A stretch of DNA of 64,000 nt from Eledone cirrhosa (taxonomy: Eukaryota): the NCBI GenBank assembly GCA_964016885.1, contig OZ024755.1, positions 5,766,001 to 5,830,000 of the forward strand, in the 5' to 3' direction. Below are positions 16,555-29,627 of this stretch, piece by piece. The translations under genes were made by a program, and so were the position numbers. Every line of letters begins with the position of its first letter. The first letter of the stretch is position 1. The notes under the pieces were generated by a model. The model saw nothing but the letters and a program-made list of their open reading frames with translations. It ran no database searches and was not told the DNA's origin.

Positions 16555-16980
16555 ATTGAGTGGCTGCTATTTGCAGTATAGCAATATAAGGTTGCACTTA
16601 CCAATGAAACGGTCGTAAATACCTGGATAAAATCCTTCTCTTAATGCTTATCTGTGTTTTCTCTTTTATACTATATATATATATATATATACACACACAT
16701 ACATTCACACACATATATATATATTTCTTCGAAGTTACATTTTAAATTTAGCTTCGTTTAAATGATTATTTATCTAGTTGATTTCTACGGACTAGGGTGA
16801 AGAAAATAGGGTATATTTTATCTAACTGTTCTTCAAACTTGCAATGTACGTCAATAGTCATCTTTTTCCATTTTTCTCTGAGGGTTCTAAACCCTACTAT
16901 CAGGCTAAAAAAATTCTTTAGCCAAAAATACGGTGAAAGCTTATATTTCTAATTGCAATTATATATTTATATATATATAT

Positions 16981-17004
16981 AAACAGTTTCATTTAAAAAG
17001 GAGG

Positions 17005-17048
<44 letters not shown>

Positions 17049-17207
17049 AATTTCATTTAAAAAGGAGGCTATTTATTTATATATATATATAAACAATTTC
17101 ATTTAAAAAGGAGGCTATTTATTTATATATATATATAAACAGTTTCATTTAAAAAGGAGGCTATTTATATATATATATATAAACAGTTTCATTTAAAAAG
17201 GAGGCTG
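16981..17207. repeat. composite minisatellite (AAACAGTTTCATTTAAAAAGGAGGCTATTT + variable (AT)n) x5
   Basis: Direct inspection. Confidence 0.9.
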
Positions 17208-17557
17208 TGTGGTTACAATGACAAATATTTTTAAAAAATTACGTGTGAAAAATATAGGAAACATAAAACGTGGAAGAGACAAGTACATGTACAATTCCCG
17301 CTCATCAGCTGACTTTCTGAGGATCATTATAGTTTCGGATACTTTATATAGATATAATTAAAAAGTGAACAACACAAAATCTAACTACTCCATTACTGTC
17401 TGACGAACGATCCAGACGTATATTATTATCATCTGTCATCCAGAAACCTTTGGTAATGGAGTCGTTATATTTTGTGTTGTTCACTTTCTAATTAAATAGC
17501 TCTGTTCTATACATAGAGCACTCTTTTTTCCTTTGGAATTACCTAACATATATATAT

Positions 17558-17602
<45 letters not shown>

Positions 17603-17603
<1 letters not shown>

Positions 17604-17703
17604 AGGGTGTCACAAAACATGTATACACACTTCAACAGCATTCTAATAAATATTGCCTGTACAGGTAATGAAAGTGTACATACATTTTTGTGGGGACTCC
17701 TTG
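17603..17703. mobile_element. Tc1/mariner-like MITE
   Basis: CAGGGTGTCACAAAA...TTTTTGTGGGGACTCCTTG, related to 3076-3151. Confidence 0.6.
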
Positions 17704-18189
17704 TATATGGTCACTGGCATGACTGTGTCTTTAAGAGGTCGCAAATAGATACAGCCACTTTAAACCCTGGTAGAGAATCGGGATATATCCAGCCCAATTT
17801 TGAGAAAGATACTTCCCCAACAAACCACCTCTTTCGAAACTGAATCCTTGAACCACAGACAAACGACCAATCAGATACTTTCCATTACATTTCATATTTT
17901 AACTCAAGGTGAAGGACGTGTATTCCACCCCAGCCCACCACTAGACCCAAACTGCCAGCCACACATCACCACCCCCACCAGACCCACCACAACCACCCCA
18001 CACCTTGTCTTCACAATTTCAAGCCAACTATAAAAGAAAATGGTTTCAGACATCAGAACTGTGAGAAGACACTGTTCTCCACGTAAGGCAGTTAGTTCAT
18101 CACATTGGTTGAGGTGCAGGAAGAGTAAAAGGGGGAGAAAACAAGGGAGGTGGGGTGGGGTGGGGGTGGCGATCGACATATTGGAGATG

Positions 18190-19747
18190 GGGGTGGTGGT
18201 AGTTGTGGTAGTGGTGGTTATGGTGGTGATGGTGGTTGAAGTGGTTGTAACGGTGGTTGTTGTTGTTGTAGTGATGGTGATGGTGGTGGTTGTTGTTGTT
18301 GTTGTAATGGTGGTGATGGTGATGGTGGTGGTTGTTGTGATGGTGGTGGTTGTGGTGGTGGTGGTGGTGGTGATTGCGTGATGTTGGTAGTTGTGGTGGT
18401 GGTGGCTGTGGCTGTGGTGGTGGTGATTGCGTGATGTTGGTAGTTGTGGTGGTGGTGGTGGTGGTGGTGGTGGTGGTGGTGGTGGTGGTGGCTGTGTAAT
18501 GATGGTGATGTTTAGTTGGGATGATGGTGGTGGTGGTGTTGGTGGGGATGTTTAGTTGGGATGGTGGTGGTGGTGGTGTGGAGACGTTTAGTTGGGATGA
18601 TGGTGGTGGTGGTGGTGATGTTTAGTTGGGATGGTGGTGGTAGTGATGTTGTTGGAGGGTGCCTCCACCACGAAGAATGTGATACAAGCTGTGGAACTGT
18701 GTTTCTGGCTCATTGACAGCCACTCATTAACTGGAATTTTCAACTGACTGTGGAAATAGAATGAACGTCTTAATTAGCAGCCGACAATAATAATGATAAT
18801 AAGGAGACCTCAACAACAACAACTACTACAGCTACAACTCCAACTACAGTAGCTAAAACTACTACTACTACAACTACTACAACTACTACAGTAGCTACAA
18901 CTACAACTACAACAACAACAACAGGTCAAGAAAGAAGACCTGAACAACAACAACAACAACAACAACAAGAAGAAGAAAAAGAATAAGGCCTGAACAAGAA
19001 CTACAACAACAACAATAATTATTATTATCAGTAAAACAAATAATAAACAGCGTTGATAACTGATGATGGTGTTGATGATGATGGTGATAGTGGTGGTGGT
19101 GTTGATGATGGTGATGGTGGTGGTGGTGGTGGTGATGGTGGTGGTGGTGGTGATGGTGGTGGTGATGGTGGTGGTGGTGATGGTGATGATGGTGATGGTG
19201 GTGGTGGTGGTGATGGTGGTGGTGATGGTGGTGGTGATGATGGTGGTGGTGATGATGGTGGTGGTGATGATGATGATGATGGTGGTGATGGTGGTGGTGG
19301 TGGTGATGGTGGTGATGATTGAGAAATAATAATGATAATAAGAAAACTCATTTAGACTTAATTAACTTCAATGAAATAAATGAAAAAAAAATATGTTGGG
19401 AAATAGAGGAACAGAAAGGGAGGGGTGATAGGGGAGGGGGTGAGGGAAGATAGAGGTGGGGTGGGGATAAGATGGGAGAGAGATGGGAGGGGGAAGGGTG
19501 AGTGAGAAAGGAGAGGGGGTGGGGAGAAAGGAGGGGAGAGGGATGGTGGGAGAGAAAGGAGAGAGAGAGAGAGTGGGAAAGAAAGGAGAGAGAGAGAGTG
19601 GGAAAGAAAGGAGAGAGAGGGGGTGGGAGAGAAAGGAGAGATGAATACAGTGAGAAAGAGATAGGGAAAGAAAAGGGGAGAGACGGAGAGAGATATAGAG
19701 AGAAAGAAAGAGAAACAGAGATTAAATGGAAGAGAGAGAGGGGGAGC

Positions 19748-19785
<38 letters not shown>

Positions 19786-19880
19786 GGAGAGAGAGAAAGG
19801 GAGAGCGAGAAAGAGAAAGAGAGAGGGAGAGCGAGAGAAAGGGAGAGCGAGAGAGAGAGAAAGGGAGAGGGGGAGAAGAG
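18190..19880. repeat. simple-repeat block: (GTG)n, (ACT/ACA)n, (GGT/GAT)n, (GA)n purine tract
   Basis: Direct inspection. Confidence 0.9.
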
Positions 19881-19999
19881 AAAATAAATTACTCTAAAAG
19901 AAATTAGTGTTGAGTGAATAAAATTCATTTTGGCAGAAGAGAAAATGTAACAAGCTGTAACAGATTTGAAAACAATCGTTTTGACGTCATCTCTACACC

Positions 20000-20690
20000 T
20001 GCCTCATGATTGCTTCCTACCTCAGTAGTACTACTGGTATTAACTGCCTCATGATTGCTTCCTACCTCAGTAGTACTACTGGTATTAACTGCCTCATGAT
20101 TGCTTTCTACCTCAGTAGTACCACTGGTATTAACTGTCTCATGATGGCTTCCTACCCTAGTAGTACCACTGGTATTAACTGTCTCCTGATAGATCCTCGG
20201 CCCAATAGTGCCACTGGTATTAACTGTCTCCTGGTAGCTCCCTCCCCAATAGTGCCACTGGTATTAACTGTCTCCTGGTAGCTCCCCTCCCCAATAGTGC
20301 CACTGGTATTAACTGTCTCCTGGTAGCTCCCCTCCCCAATAGTGCCACTGGTATTAACTGTCTCCTGGTAGCTCCCCTCCCCAATAGTGCCACTGGTATT
20401 AACTGTCTCCTGGTAGCTCCCCTCCCCAATAGTGCCACTGGTATTAACTGTCTCCTGGTAGCTCCCCTCCCCAATAGTGCCACTGGTATTAACTGTCTCC
20501 TGGTAGCTCCCTCCCTAATAGTGCCACTGGTATTAACTGCCTGTTGATAGCTCCCTACTTCAATAGTGCCACTAGTGTTAACTGCCTCCCGTCTACCCCT
20601 CGATTGTTTCCCACGCCCCAAATAGCGCCACTGATGGTAACTGCCTCTTGACTGCTCACCCACCTCTCCAAATAGTGCCACAGATGTAAA
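20000..20690. repeat. 45-bp minisatellite (~15 units)
   Basis: Core unit CTGGTATTAACTGTCTCCTGGTAGCTCCCCTCCCCAATAGTGCCA, with variant units at both ends. Confidence 0.95.
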
Positions 20691-20994
20691 ATCAGAATAC
20701 ACAATAACCCCCCTCCTTCCAATTTACATATCCAAAGTTAGCTATACATACAGGTATTAAATTAAAATATTCTAACCATCCTAAAAGTAAAAAGCCCAGC
20801 TGAGGGCACAAATAAATTGCTACGACCGTCACTGGTGGGACCTCCCACTGCATGGGCCCCGGGACAATTGTGTGCGTGCATGCGTGACAGCTCACAACTA
20901 TGCAGGTTTACCTGGCCTCCTCCGAGGTATATCTCGTTGGAGGTGTCTTGGGTAATTTAATGATAGGGACCCCAGGCCTATCATCTCATTTCTA

Positions 20995-21105
20995 CAGCTA
21001 AGTAAACTGGAGCAATGTGAAATAAAGTGTCTTGCTCACATCACTCGGTCCGAGAATTGAACTCACAAACTTTCGATTGCAAGCACAATGCTCTAACCAC
21101 TAAGC
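20995..21105 (-). mobile_element. SINE family B fragment
   Basis: aataaagtgtcttgctca...attgaactcaca...ctctaaccactaagcc. Confidence 0.7.
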
Positions 21106-21780
21106 CCCCAATTAAATCCGGCCCTGATTGTATTACTAAAATATATCACTTTAGGTTCTGAATTTAAAACACATTGGGGTAGATATTTGTATTTATACAA
21201 GTATATTCAAGAGATCAATAAAAATGTACGAATAAAGTACTAACTATGATTTATCAACAACACACATACAAGTTTATACTCTTCTGGTATTGTTTAAAAA
21301 CATCTTATTACATCAATAAAAACGGGGTGGTCTTTGGATTGGCCTAGAGATTCTTCCTGACTAATCATGAATAAATTCCTAACGGACTCTCATTTAAATT
21401 CAGTGAGGACTCATTGAATAAGCACATCGCTTTCATCTCTAATCTTGCACAAATTGAACACTGACATTGAAAGTGAGAAACTAGATAAATGTATTAACGA
21501 TACAATCAACTCATTCGCATTGTTGGTGTTAAACATATATGCATATCAATGCACTTGTGGATGTTACACACACACACACATACACACACACATATATGAG
21601 TCTGGAAACGCCAAGAGCTTAACCGTCGGAATCCCGACTCTTTCATATATATATATATATATACACACCCGCCCATATATATATACACATACATACACAC
21701 ATATTTATGTGTGCGTGTATATATATATATGTGTGTGCCGGGTTCAATCGGGGGTAACCCACAGTTAGAGTATAAACAAT

Positions 21781-21914
21781 AAGTTTAGTATAGAATTGTC
21801 TCCTACAATCCGAGAACTGTTTCATTCAAAAGAAATGACCAGGAAGGCTTTCCTGGTGATTTCTTTTGAATGTAACAGTTCTAGTCTTGTAGAAGCCAAT
21901 TCTATGTTAAACTT
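21781..21914. repeat. imperfect 134-bp palindrome (foldback element)
   Basis: aagtttagtatagaattg...ttcaaaagaaatgaccaggaag / tttcctggtgatttcttttgaa...caattctatgttaaactt. Confidence 0.85.
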
Positions 21915-22171
21915 GATATCTATATTATATCTGTATTTTTGACCGTTGGTCAGTCAATGGTAAACATTGAGGACCGAATGAATTAACTATGGAGATATAG
22001 AAGATAGAAGGGAAAACCAACCAAACAGTGAGTGTGTTCTGTTATTATTTCTGGCAATATTATTACAACAATATGACCCTCCCCAAGTATAACAATATAC
22101 ATATATATATATATATATTTCGTTTCTGAATTTGTTTAGCAAGATTCTTTATCTGAAAACGTGTGTTGAAA

Positions 22172-22460
22172 CCGATATTGTTATACTTTGGGAGGGTCAT
22201 GTTGCCAATAAGAAACACACGTACCAGTTGCTTTCACTTCAATTTATTATAAAGAAAAGAATCCCCAGTCACTGAAGAGGTCACAGAATATGTGACGAAA
22301 GAACTTTGACAATATATAAACAATCATCTGGTCGTGGAACCAACCAACCGGAAATTTATAAATTCCTAAATTTATAAATTTATTATAATAAATTGAAGTG
22401 AAGCAACTGGGTCGTGTGTTTCTTATTGGCAACATGACCCTCCCAAAGTATAACAATATA
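22172..22460. mobile_element. ~78-bp inverted repeats flanking a hammerhead-containing spacer
   Basis: gatattgttatactttgggagggtcatgttgccaataagaaacacacg...aatttattat is mirrored at ~22383-22460. A partial third arm lies at ~22070-22098. Confidence 0.8.
22268..22310 (+). ncRNA. type-I minimal hammerhead ribozyme (intact core)
   Basis: GUCA CUGAAGA g-gucaca-gaaua-ugugac GAAA g-aa-c UU UGAC. Confidence 0.7.
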
Positions 22461-22678
22461 TATATATATATGAGCGGAGGCGTCTATGTGTGTATATAAC
22501 CGTATATAAGACTTTACTTAAACAGTATATCATGTGCTTTGTGTGTGCTGGAAATAGTCGAACTGGTATTTGGTAAAACAGTATCGGCGATAGATGATAC
22601 ATTCAAAAGTCTGTTGAAGGGAGATTGATGGGATTCGGAATAATGTTACATTTCCCCCTACACCCACGCTCTATCTCA

Positions 22679-22732
<54 letters not shown>

Positions 22733-22809
22733 CAGATAGATAGGTGGATAGTTAGGGGTATCGACAGATAAATGTATGGATATGTAGGTGGAGAGAATGA
22801 TGACTAAAC

Positions 22810-22844
<35 letters not shown>

Positions 22845-22871
22845 CAAATAGATAGATAGATAGATAGACAA

Positions 22872-22917
<46 letters not shown>

Positions 22918-23432
22918 GGATGGATTAAAGGGGATCTGGAATAGTTTCGCACACGACTAGCAAGGTTGCTTTCCAGTTCTGTTAACAGAATATCAGATAA
23001 CATGTTTACACGAAGAAACAAAAAATACTTTGATAGAATAGAAAGAAAAGATACACTGATAGAAGAGCAAATAGTTAGATGAAGGGAGAGATAGACTGCG
23101 AGACGGATGGAATATCTCAAAAATGTCAGTCAGAATATAATAATTAAAGTGTCAGCATTTTGTAAGGAGGAGCAAATAAAAGTACAAAGACTGAAACAAA
23201 AACAGTAGAAGGTTTAGTGAGTGCTATTATACTTATTATAGATAGAAAACAGACATTTTAGTTAAGTAAAATTATCGTTGATTTGCCATGTGGGGAAAGG
23301 AAACAATTCCTTGACTTGATAATTACGAAGCGAAATCCTTAACCATTAGAAAGTCGAATTTGCGAATGAATCGTGCAGATTAATATGTTAATAACTGCTG
23401 AATATAAAAGCTTTATATATATATATATATAT

Positions 23433-23630
23433 ATAACGAAGGAAATGTGGTAAGGAACCAGGTGGACCGTAACGCACCAAAGTACTCAATACTTGGCGTA
23501 GTAGAGTGGGTAATAGGAACCAGAAAGACCCCGACGGCTGAGCTCAAGCCGTTTCGACGGCTAATTCTGGACTAATTCCAGAATTGGCCGTCGAAACGGC
23601 TTGAGCTCAGCCGTCGGGGTCTTACTGGTT

Positions 23631-23633
<3 letters not shown>
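23433..23633 (+). mobile_element. (TA)n-inserted hairpin element, copy 2
   Basis: Same leader and palindrome as 10593, with a longer apical stem (ctggactaattccag). Confidence 0.9.
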
Positions 23634-23701
<68 letters not shown>

Positions 23702-23702
23702 C

Positions 23703-23860
23703 AGTTTAAAGTTTAAGCAAAGAATCGCTGCTTTCACCCTTAACGGGATTTTCTGAAACTATTAATAAATATTTGCTCTAGGGTTCTTATATATTTGATA
23801 TATATTTATCCTTATCGAGCCGTCTTTGGATTTTAGTCTTCGCATTTATTATTATTACTC
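23703..23860. mobile_element. dispersed repeat with a variant hammerhead-like motif (also 33255-33395 and 36604-36770)
   Basis: Shared gtttaagcaaagaatcgctgctttcacccttaacggga and atatttgctctagggttcttatatatttgatat blocks, in different relative orientations. Confidence 0.75.
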
Positions 23861-23862
23861 CT

Positions 23863-23919
<57 letters not shown>

Positions 23920-24262
23920 AGACCCAGCAAAGGGTGAAGGCACTCAGCAGAGTCAACGGCCATCCAAATAGTATTTTTTTTTTTTTTATACGGAGAGGTT
24001 AAACTTCGAGGCATAAACAAACTGCGGTCTGTCGTATTTTCCGTGGCAAACATTTACACCAAAGATACGTGTCGTCAGTTCCAAAATGTGTCGTTGGTCC
24101 TACACAAGCCTTCACCACTTAAAACAAACCTTTGTGTGGGTAGTTCAACATCAGTTCACTTTCTCACATCTACTTTTGTTGGACACTCATACGTCGGATA
24201 TCGACGAGAGAGTCCATCATATATATATAGTTTTGAACCAGGATGATATATACATGCATAGT

Positions 24263-25090
24263 TCCATAACTCCTGAAGGAATCGTAGGGGCTCTATATAC
24301 GGCGTTTATAGGGCAGTTTAAAACCCTGACGGAGCCCAAGTATCTCCAGGTCTGAGTACAGCAGATTTTTTCCACAGAAAGATGGAGATTGAGGGAATGA
24401 AAGTGGGAAATAGATATAAAGGAAGAATTGACCTCAGTAGTAGACTGGTACTTTTTTTTATCGACTTCGAATGGATAAAAGGCAAAGTTGACCTCGACAG
24501 GATTTGAATTCAGAGAGCAGAGAGCCGAAAGCGATCTAACGACTTGGCCAATTTACCACCTAACTGCTGCATATAAAATCTATTTATTTAGTTTTATGGT
24601 AGGATGATACGTAACATCCTTCTAATTAATTATAGTTTGTTATAAATAATTAGCGATTAGGGAATGTTTTCAATGAGCTCTAGAACCAGTAGATACAATG
24701 TATCACGTACCATGGTTATCTGGTTGGATATTAGTAAGGTAGATTGCATCACATAACACGTCTATATACAGGTTACGGTGTATTTATCATATATGATGTA
24801 TACATTCCTAGTCATCGACGTTTATATATATATACTCTCTGTATAGGAAATGAGAGATTAACTTTGCCTTTCATCCATTCGAGGTCGATAAAAAGTACCA
24901 GTCTAGTACTGGGGTCGATCTTCCTCTGGGTCTCTTTTTTACTTCTATTCTCTAACTCAAGCTATCTTTTTCTGGAAGAGATCTGCTGTACTCAGACCTA
25001 GAAAGGTGATGGGCCCCGTTAGGTTTTAAAATGGCCTAGAAACACCGTATGCTGCTACGGTGCATCTACGAATCTGTCAGGAGTTATAGG
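24263..25090. mobile_element. inverted pair of a dispersed repeat (24263-24385 +, 24962-25090 -; third copy 30570-30690) with intervening old SINE A pieces
   Basis: ataactcctga...taaaacc...aggtctgagtacagcagat...ccagaaa shared between copies. Confidence 0.6.
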
Positions 25091-26562
25091 GCCCCCCTCT
25101 CCATCCCTCCCCATCGGTAGATTTATATGTAATATAGAGCCGACTCAAGAATACTCGGGGTTCAGTAGTTAGGGTATTCATCACACGACAAAGCCCTAAG
25201 TTCGATTCCTGAAGGTACCTTATGTACATGAGCTAAATGTTGCTCCAATTTACTCAGCTGATAAACAAAATGAGTTGTACCTGTAATTCAAAGGACCAGG
25301 CTTGTAACCTGCTCATACACACACTGTGTTAGCTGAATCTCCCTTAGAACTACATTAAAGGTGCACATGTCTGTTGAATGCTCAGGCACTTGCACGAAAA
25401 TTTTACCAGCGAGATGTTCCGTAGTTCGAACAATTGGAATAATTGTAGTCGAAATCGATGAAGGTCTAACACTCACAAACACACAGAAACAAACACACAT
25501 ACACACACATACACACAGAAACAAACACACACATACACACACATACACACAGAAACAAACACACATACACACACACAGAAACAAACACACACACATACAG
25601 AGGGATACCCTAACAGATACACACAAACACAGATACACTGACACAGACACACACACAGACAGAGATACAGACACACACACAGACAGAGATACAGACACAC
25701 ACACACACACACAAAGACACCACATACACACGCACAACATAGCACATAAACACACACATACAGAGCGATATACTAACACACACACACACACACACACATA
25801 TATACAGAGATACATAAACAGATACACAGACATACACACACATACAGAGATACACAAACAGACACACACACACACAGATAGACACACAGACACCACTCAC
25901 ACACAGACACCACTCACACACACTCAACACAAACACACACAAACACACCACATACACACACACAACATATCACAAACAAACTCAAACATATACAAGCACA
26001 CACACACATACACAAACACCACAGAAACACACACGCACATACACAACACACTCACACCACACACACAAAGAAACTCATAAATCAAACCAATTCAAGTTAT
26101 TTCTATGCCCCTTACACAGGACTAAAATCTTACTTGTGATCGATATTTCAAATCAACCCTCTGTGTGTTTGATCAATCAATACTCGTTATGAGTTTACCA
26201 AGGTTAATTTTAGAGACTCTAAAATGGCGACCATTTAAGGAAACTTCGCCTCGTGCTTTTGAAAAACAAAAATGATTATTTATCATAATAGTTTCCTTTA
26301 ATTTCGTCCTGAGAGACATGAAAAAATGTCTATAATCAAGAAAATGAGTGGCAGCTTCATTTAAGAAAAGTGGCATTCTGTATACCTTAATATATTTCAA
26401 ATTGTTGAGAACAACCGCTAACGGGCCCCTAGAGTTTATTTACAACTTAAGAGAGAGAATTTATTTCACAAATTGACCTAATTTGTCACCTGTGTTATGA
26501 GTTCCTTTAAATCACACACAGACTCACACATTTGTAAATCAGTATGCACTGCACACACGCCG

Positions 26563-26644
<82 letters not shown>

Positions 26645-26911
26645 ATATAGGCTAAGTATTGATGGTCTCGAGAAACGCCAGAATAACAAGACTGAATTTT
26701 GGTCTAAATAACACACACATATGTATATATATATATATATATATATAGGTTTAGTACTTATGGTCTCGAGAATGCGTACTCAATACCATAGTAGAAATGA
26801 ATATTTTCATTTATTTATCCCAAGCTTGAGTCTTCTTACTCCGGAATAACTCCTGTGTTCTCGTAGGTTAACCTGATCTCTCGCTCCCTCTCTTTATATA
26901 TATATATATAT

Positions 26912-27287
26912 ATGTTTCTACTTTTCGGCACAAGACCAGCAATTATCCCAGTGCATTACTGGTACTTTATTTTATCGACCCCGTAAGGATGAAAGGCAAA
27001 GTTAACCTCGGCGGGATTGCTTAGATCGTAAAGCCCCGTAACTGCATGCGGCAAAGTATGGCGTCCAACCCTCTAACTATACTACCAATCAACCTATATA
27101 TATATATATACATACATATATATATATATAATTGTTTCTACTTTAGGCACAAGGCCAGCAATTACCCAGTGCATTACTGGTACTTTATTTTATCGACCCC
27201 GTAAGGATGAAAGGCAAAGTCAACCTCGGACGTAACTATGCTGGAAAGCATGGCGTCGGACCCTCTACCGATACTGCCAATCCACCT
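26912..27287 (-). mobile_element. two SINE family A copies in (TA)n
   Basis: Match to the family A consensus. Confidence 0.88.
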
Positions 27288-27637
27288 ATATAATGTTTGT
27301 TTGTATGTCCTCGCTTTATTCCAGAATAACAACCGACAGTCACTCATCCAGAAGTAATAGTATTTGTCATTCCCCGGGGATGTTAGATAATTTCAAAAAA
27401 TATATTCCTATCCCGAAACTCTGAACAGTTTTCTCTAACAATAATCTCCCATTTTCTACTCTCTAGCGAAAGAGAGAGAAACTCAGTGATAAAGAGGAAT
27501 AGATAATGTGATAAAGATGGAAAGAGACCTTTACCATTCTTACTATCACTCAACTTATATAACTCCATACGAAACTGACAGAGATAATAAATATGGAATA
27601 TACACACAGCTTAGAAACAATGTCAAAGAGTTCGTTC

Positions 27638-27675
<38 letters not shown>

Positions 27676-27794
27676 TATATGTGCATTGTATATATATGTA
27701 TATAGTATATAGTATATATATATACATACATTATATGTGCATTGTATATATATATATATATACACACATACATTATATGTGCATTGTATATATA

Positions 27795-27828
<34 letters not shown>

Positions 27829-27925
27829 TATATGTGCACTGTATATATATATGTATATAGTATATATATATTATATATATATATATATATATACATTATA
27901 TGTGCATTGTATATATATGTATATA

Positions 27926-27963
<38 letters not shown>

Positions 27964-28169
27964 TATATGTGAATTGTATGTATATGTATATAGTATATAT
28001 ATATATATATATATATATACATTATATGTGCATTGTATATATATATGTATATAGTATATATATATCTATATAATATATATATATTGAACATATACGTATA
28101 GACTATATATATATATATATGTATTGTATGTATATATACGTGATAGATCACACATAGGTCTATTCATAA

Positions 28170-28200
<31 letters not shown>

Positions 28201-28799
28201 CATACACACACACGTATATATATATATATATATACTAAATAATACATACTCACACACGTACATATATACTAAATATATACATACACACACACATGCATAT
28301 ATACATAAATACAACCCCTTAAGGAAGAAAGGCGAAGGTAACATGGGCGGGATGAAAATTATTTGTCGCAGGGATGCTACCACTTAAAATAAAATTTCAC
28401 CGGAGATAGATTAACAAGATTAACAAAATAAAATAAATAAAATATAATAAACGGGGGAGGGGGATAAGATCGGGTTGGGGTTAGGGTTGGAAAATATCTG
28501 AACAATTAATAAGCGCAAGGGATGGGTCACGATTATTCGCGACCCGAGAATATTTCTATCAGACTTTCGTACGTTTCCGCACATTTTCTGTCATCTTTTA
28601 GCGAATAACAAAGAAATAACTATCAATATGCTAACGACATATAAAACTAGTTTATACATTACTAACGTAAACAAAAGAGAGAGGAAGACATTTTCCTATA
28701 ATATAGTTTTCCATCAATATAAATGCACTTGTGTCTATGAAGTTGAAGCCATACGTAGCTTTTCTTTTTAGTAATCAGAAACATGATGTTTATATAAGG

Positions 28800-29004
28800 A
28801 TTTCTACTTTAGACACAAGGCCAGTAATTTGGGGGGAGGGGAAAATGGATTAAATCGAGACCAGGACGTTACTGGTACTTTATTTTATCGAACCCGTAAG
28901 GATGAAAGGCAAATTTAACCCCGACGAGATTTGAACTCAGACCGTAAAGAACCGTAACTATGCAGCAAAGCATGGCGTCCGACCCTCTATCGATACTGCC
29001 AATC
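28800..29004 (-). mobile_element. SINE family A (long-tail variant)
   Basis: Match to the family A consensus, with a ttggggggagggg tail segment. Confidence 0.85.
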
Positions 29005-29453
29005 TTATATAATATATATGACTTCTGCCAGGAGTTGCGACGACCGGTAGATAGTATAGTATCAGCACTGGAAAGATCAATAAAAAGATACTTTCGGGAT
29101 CGATAAATAAAGGACCAGTCCTTGGTAGTAAATTGGTAGAATTGTTAGAGAATTCGACACGAGGTTTTACGATGTCTCATCTACTACTTCCAGGAGTTGC
29201 GACTGTTAGATAGAATCAGAAATGGAAAAACCAATGCAAACAGTTTAAAAAGTCTCTTCTGAAGATCAGTTTCTTTCATTTCAGTTTAGTTAGTTCATAT
29301 GTTTTATTATTTCGCCACCTACAACGACAACGTATCTGATAAAGCTGTCTCTCGTCACCTTGGAGCTTACTGTGAATAGTAAGACGTTGTTTCTCATCGG
29401 ATTTTCAGATGAACTTCTAAGAGCAATGGAGTTAGTAGCCATATGATAAATTA

Positions 29454-29627
29454 CCGTATTTCCCGGCGTCGAAGACGCTATTTTTTTCCTAAAATAAGTC
29501 TCAAAAATCTACCATGCGTCCTGGAGGTCGAAGATTGTTTATTATTTATTATTTTTTTCAAACTTTTGGTTGTCAAAATTAGGGTGCATCCTCGAGGACG
29601 AAGCGTCTTCGGCGCCGAGAAATACGG
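29454..29627. mobile_element. pogo/Tigger-like MITE (174 bp) with TA target duplication
   Basis: TA|CCGTATTTCCCGGCGTCGAAGACGCT...AGCGTCTTCGGCGCCGAGAAATACGG|TA. A related half element lies at ~33138-33212. Confidence 0.85.
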
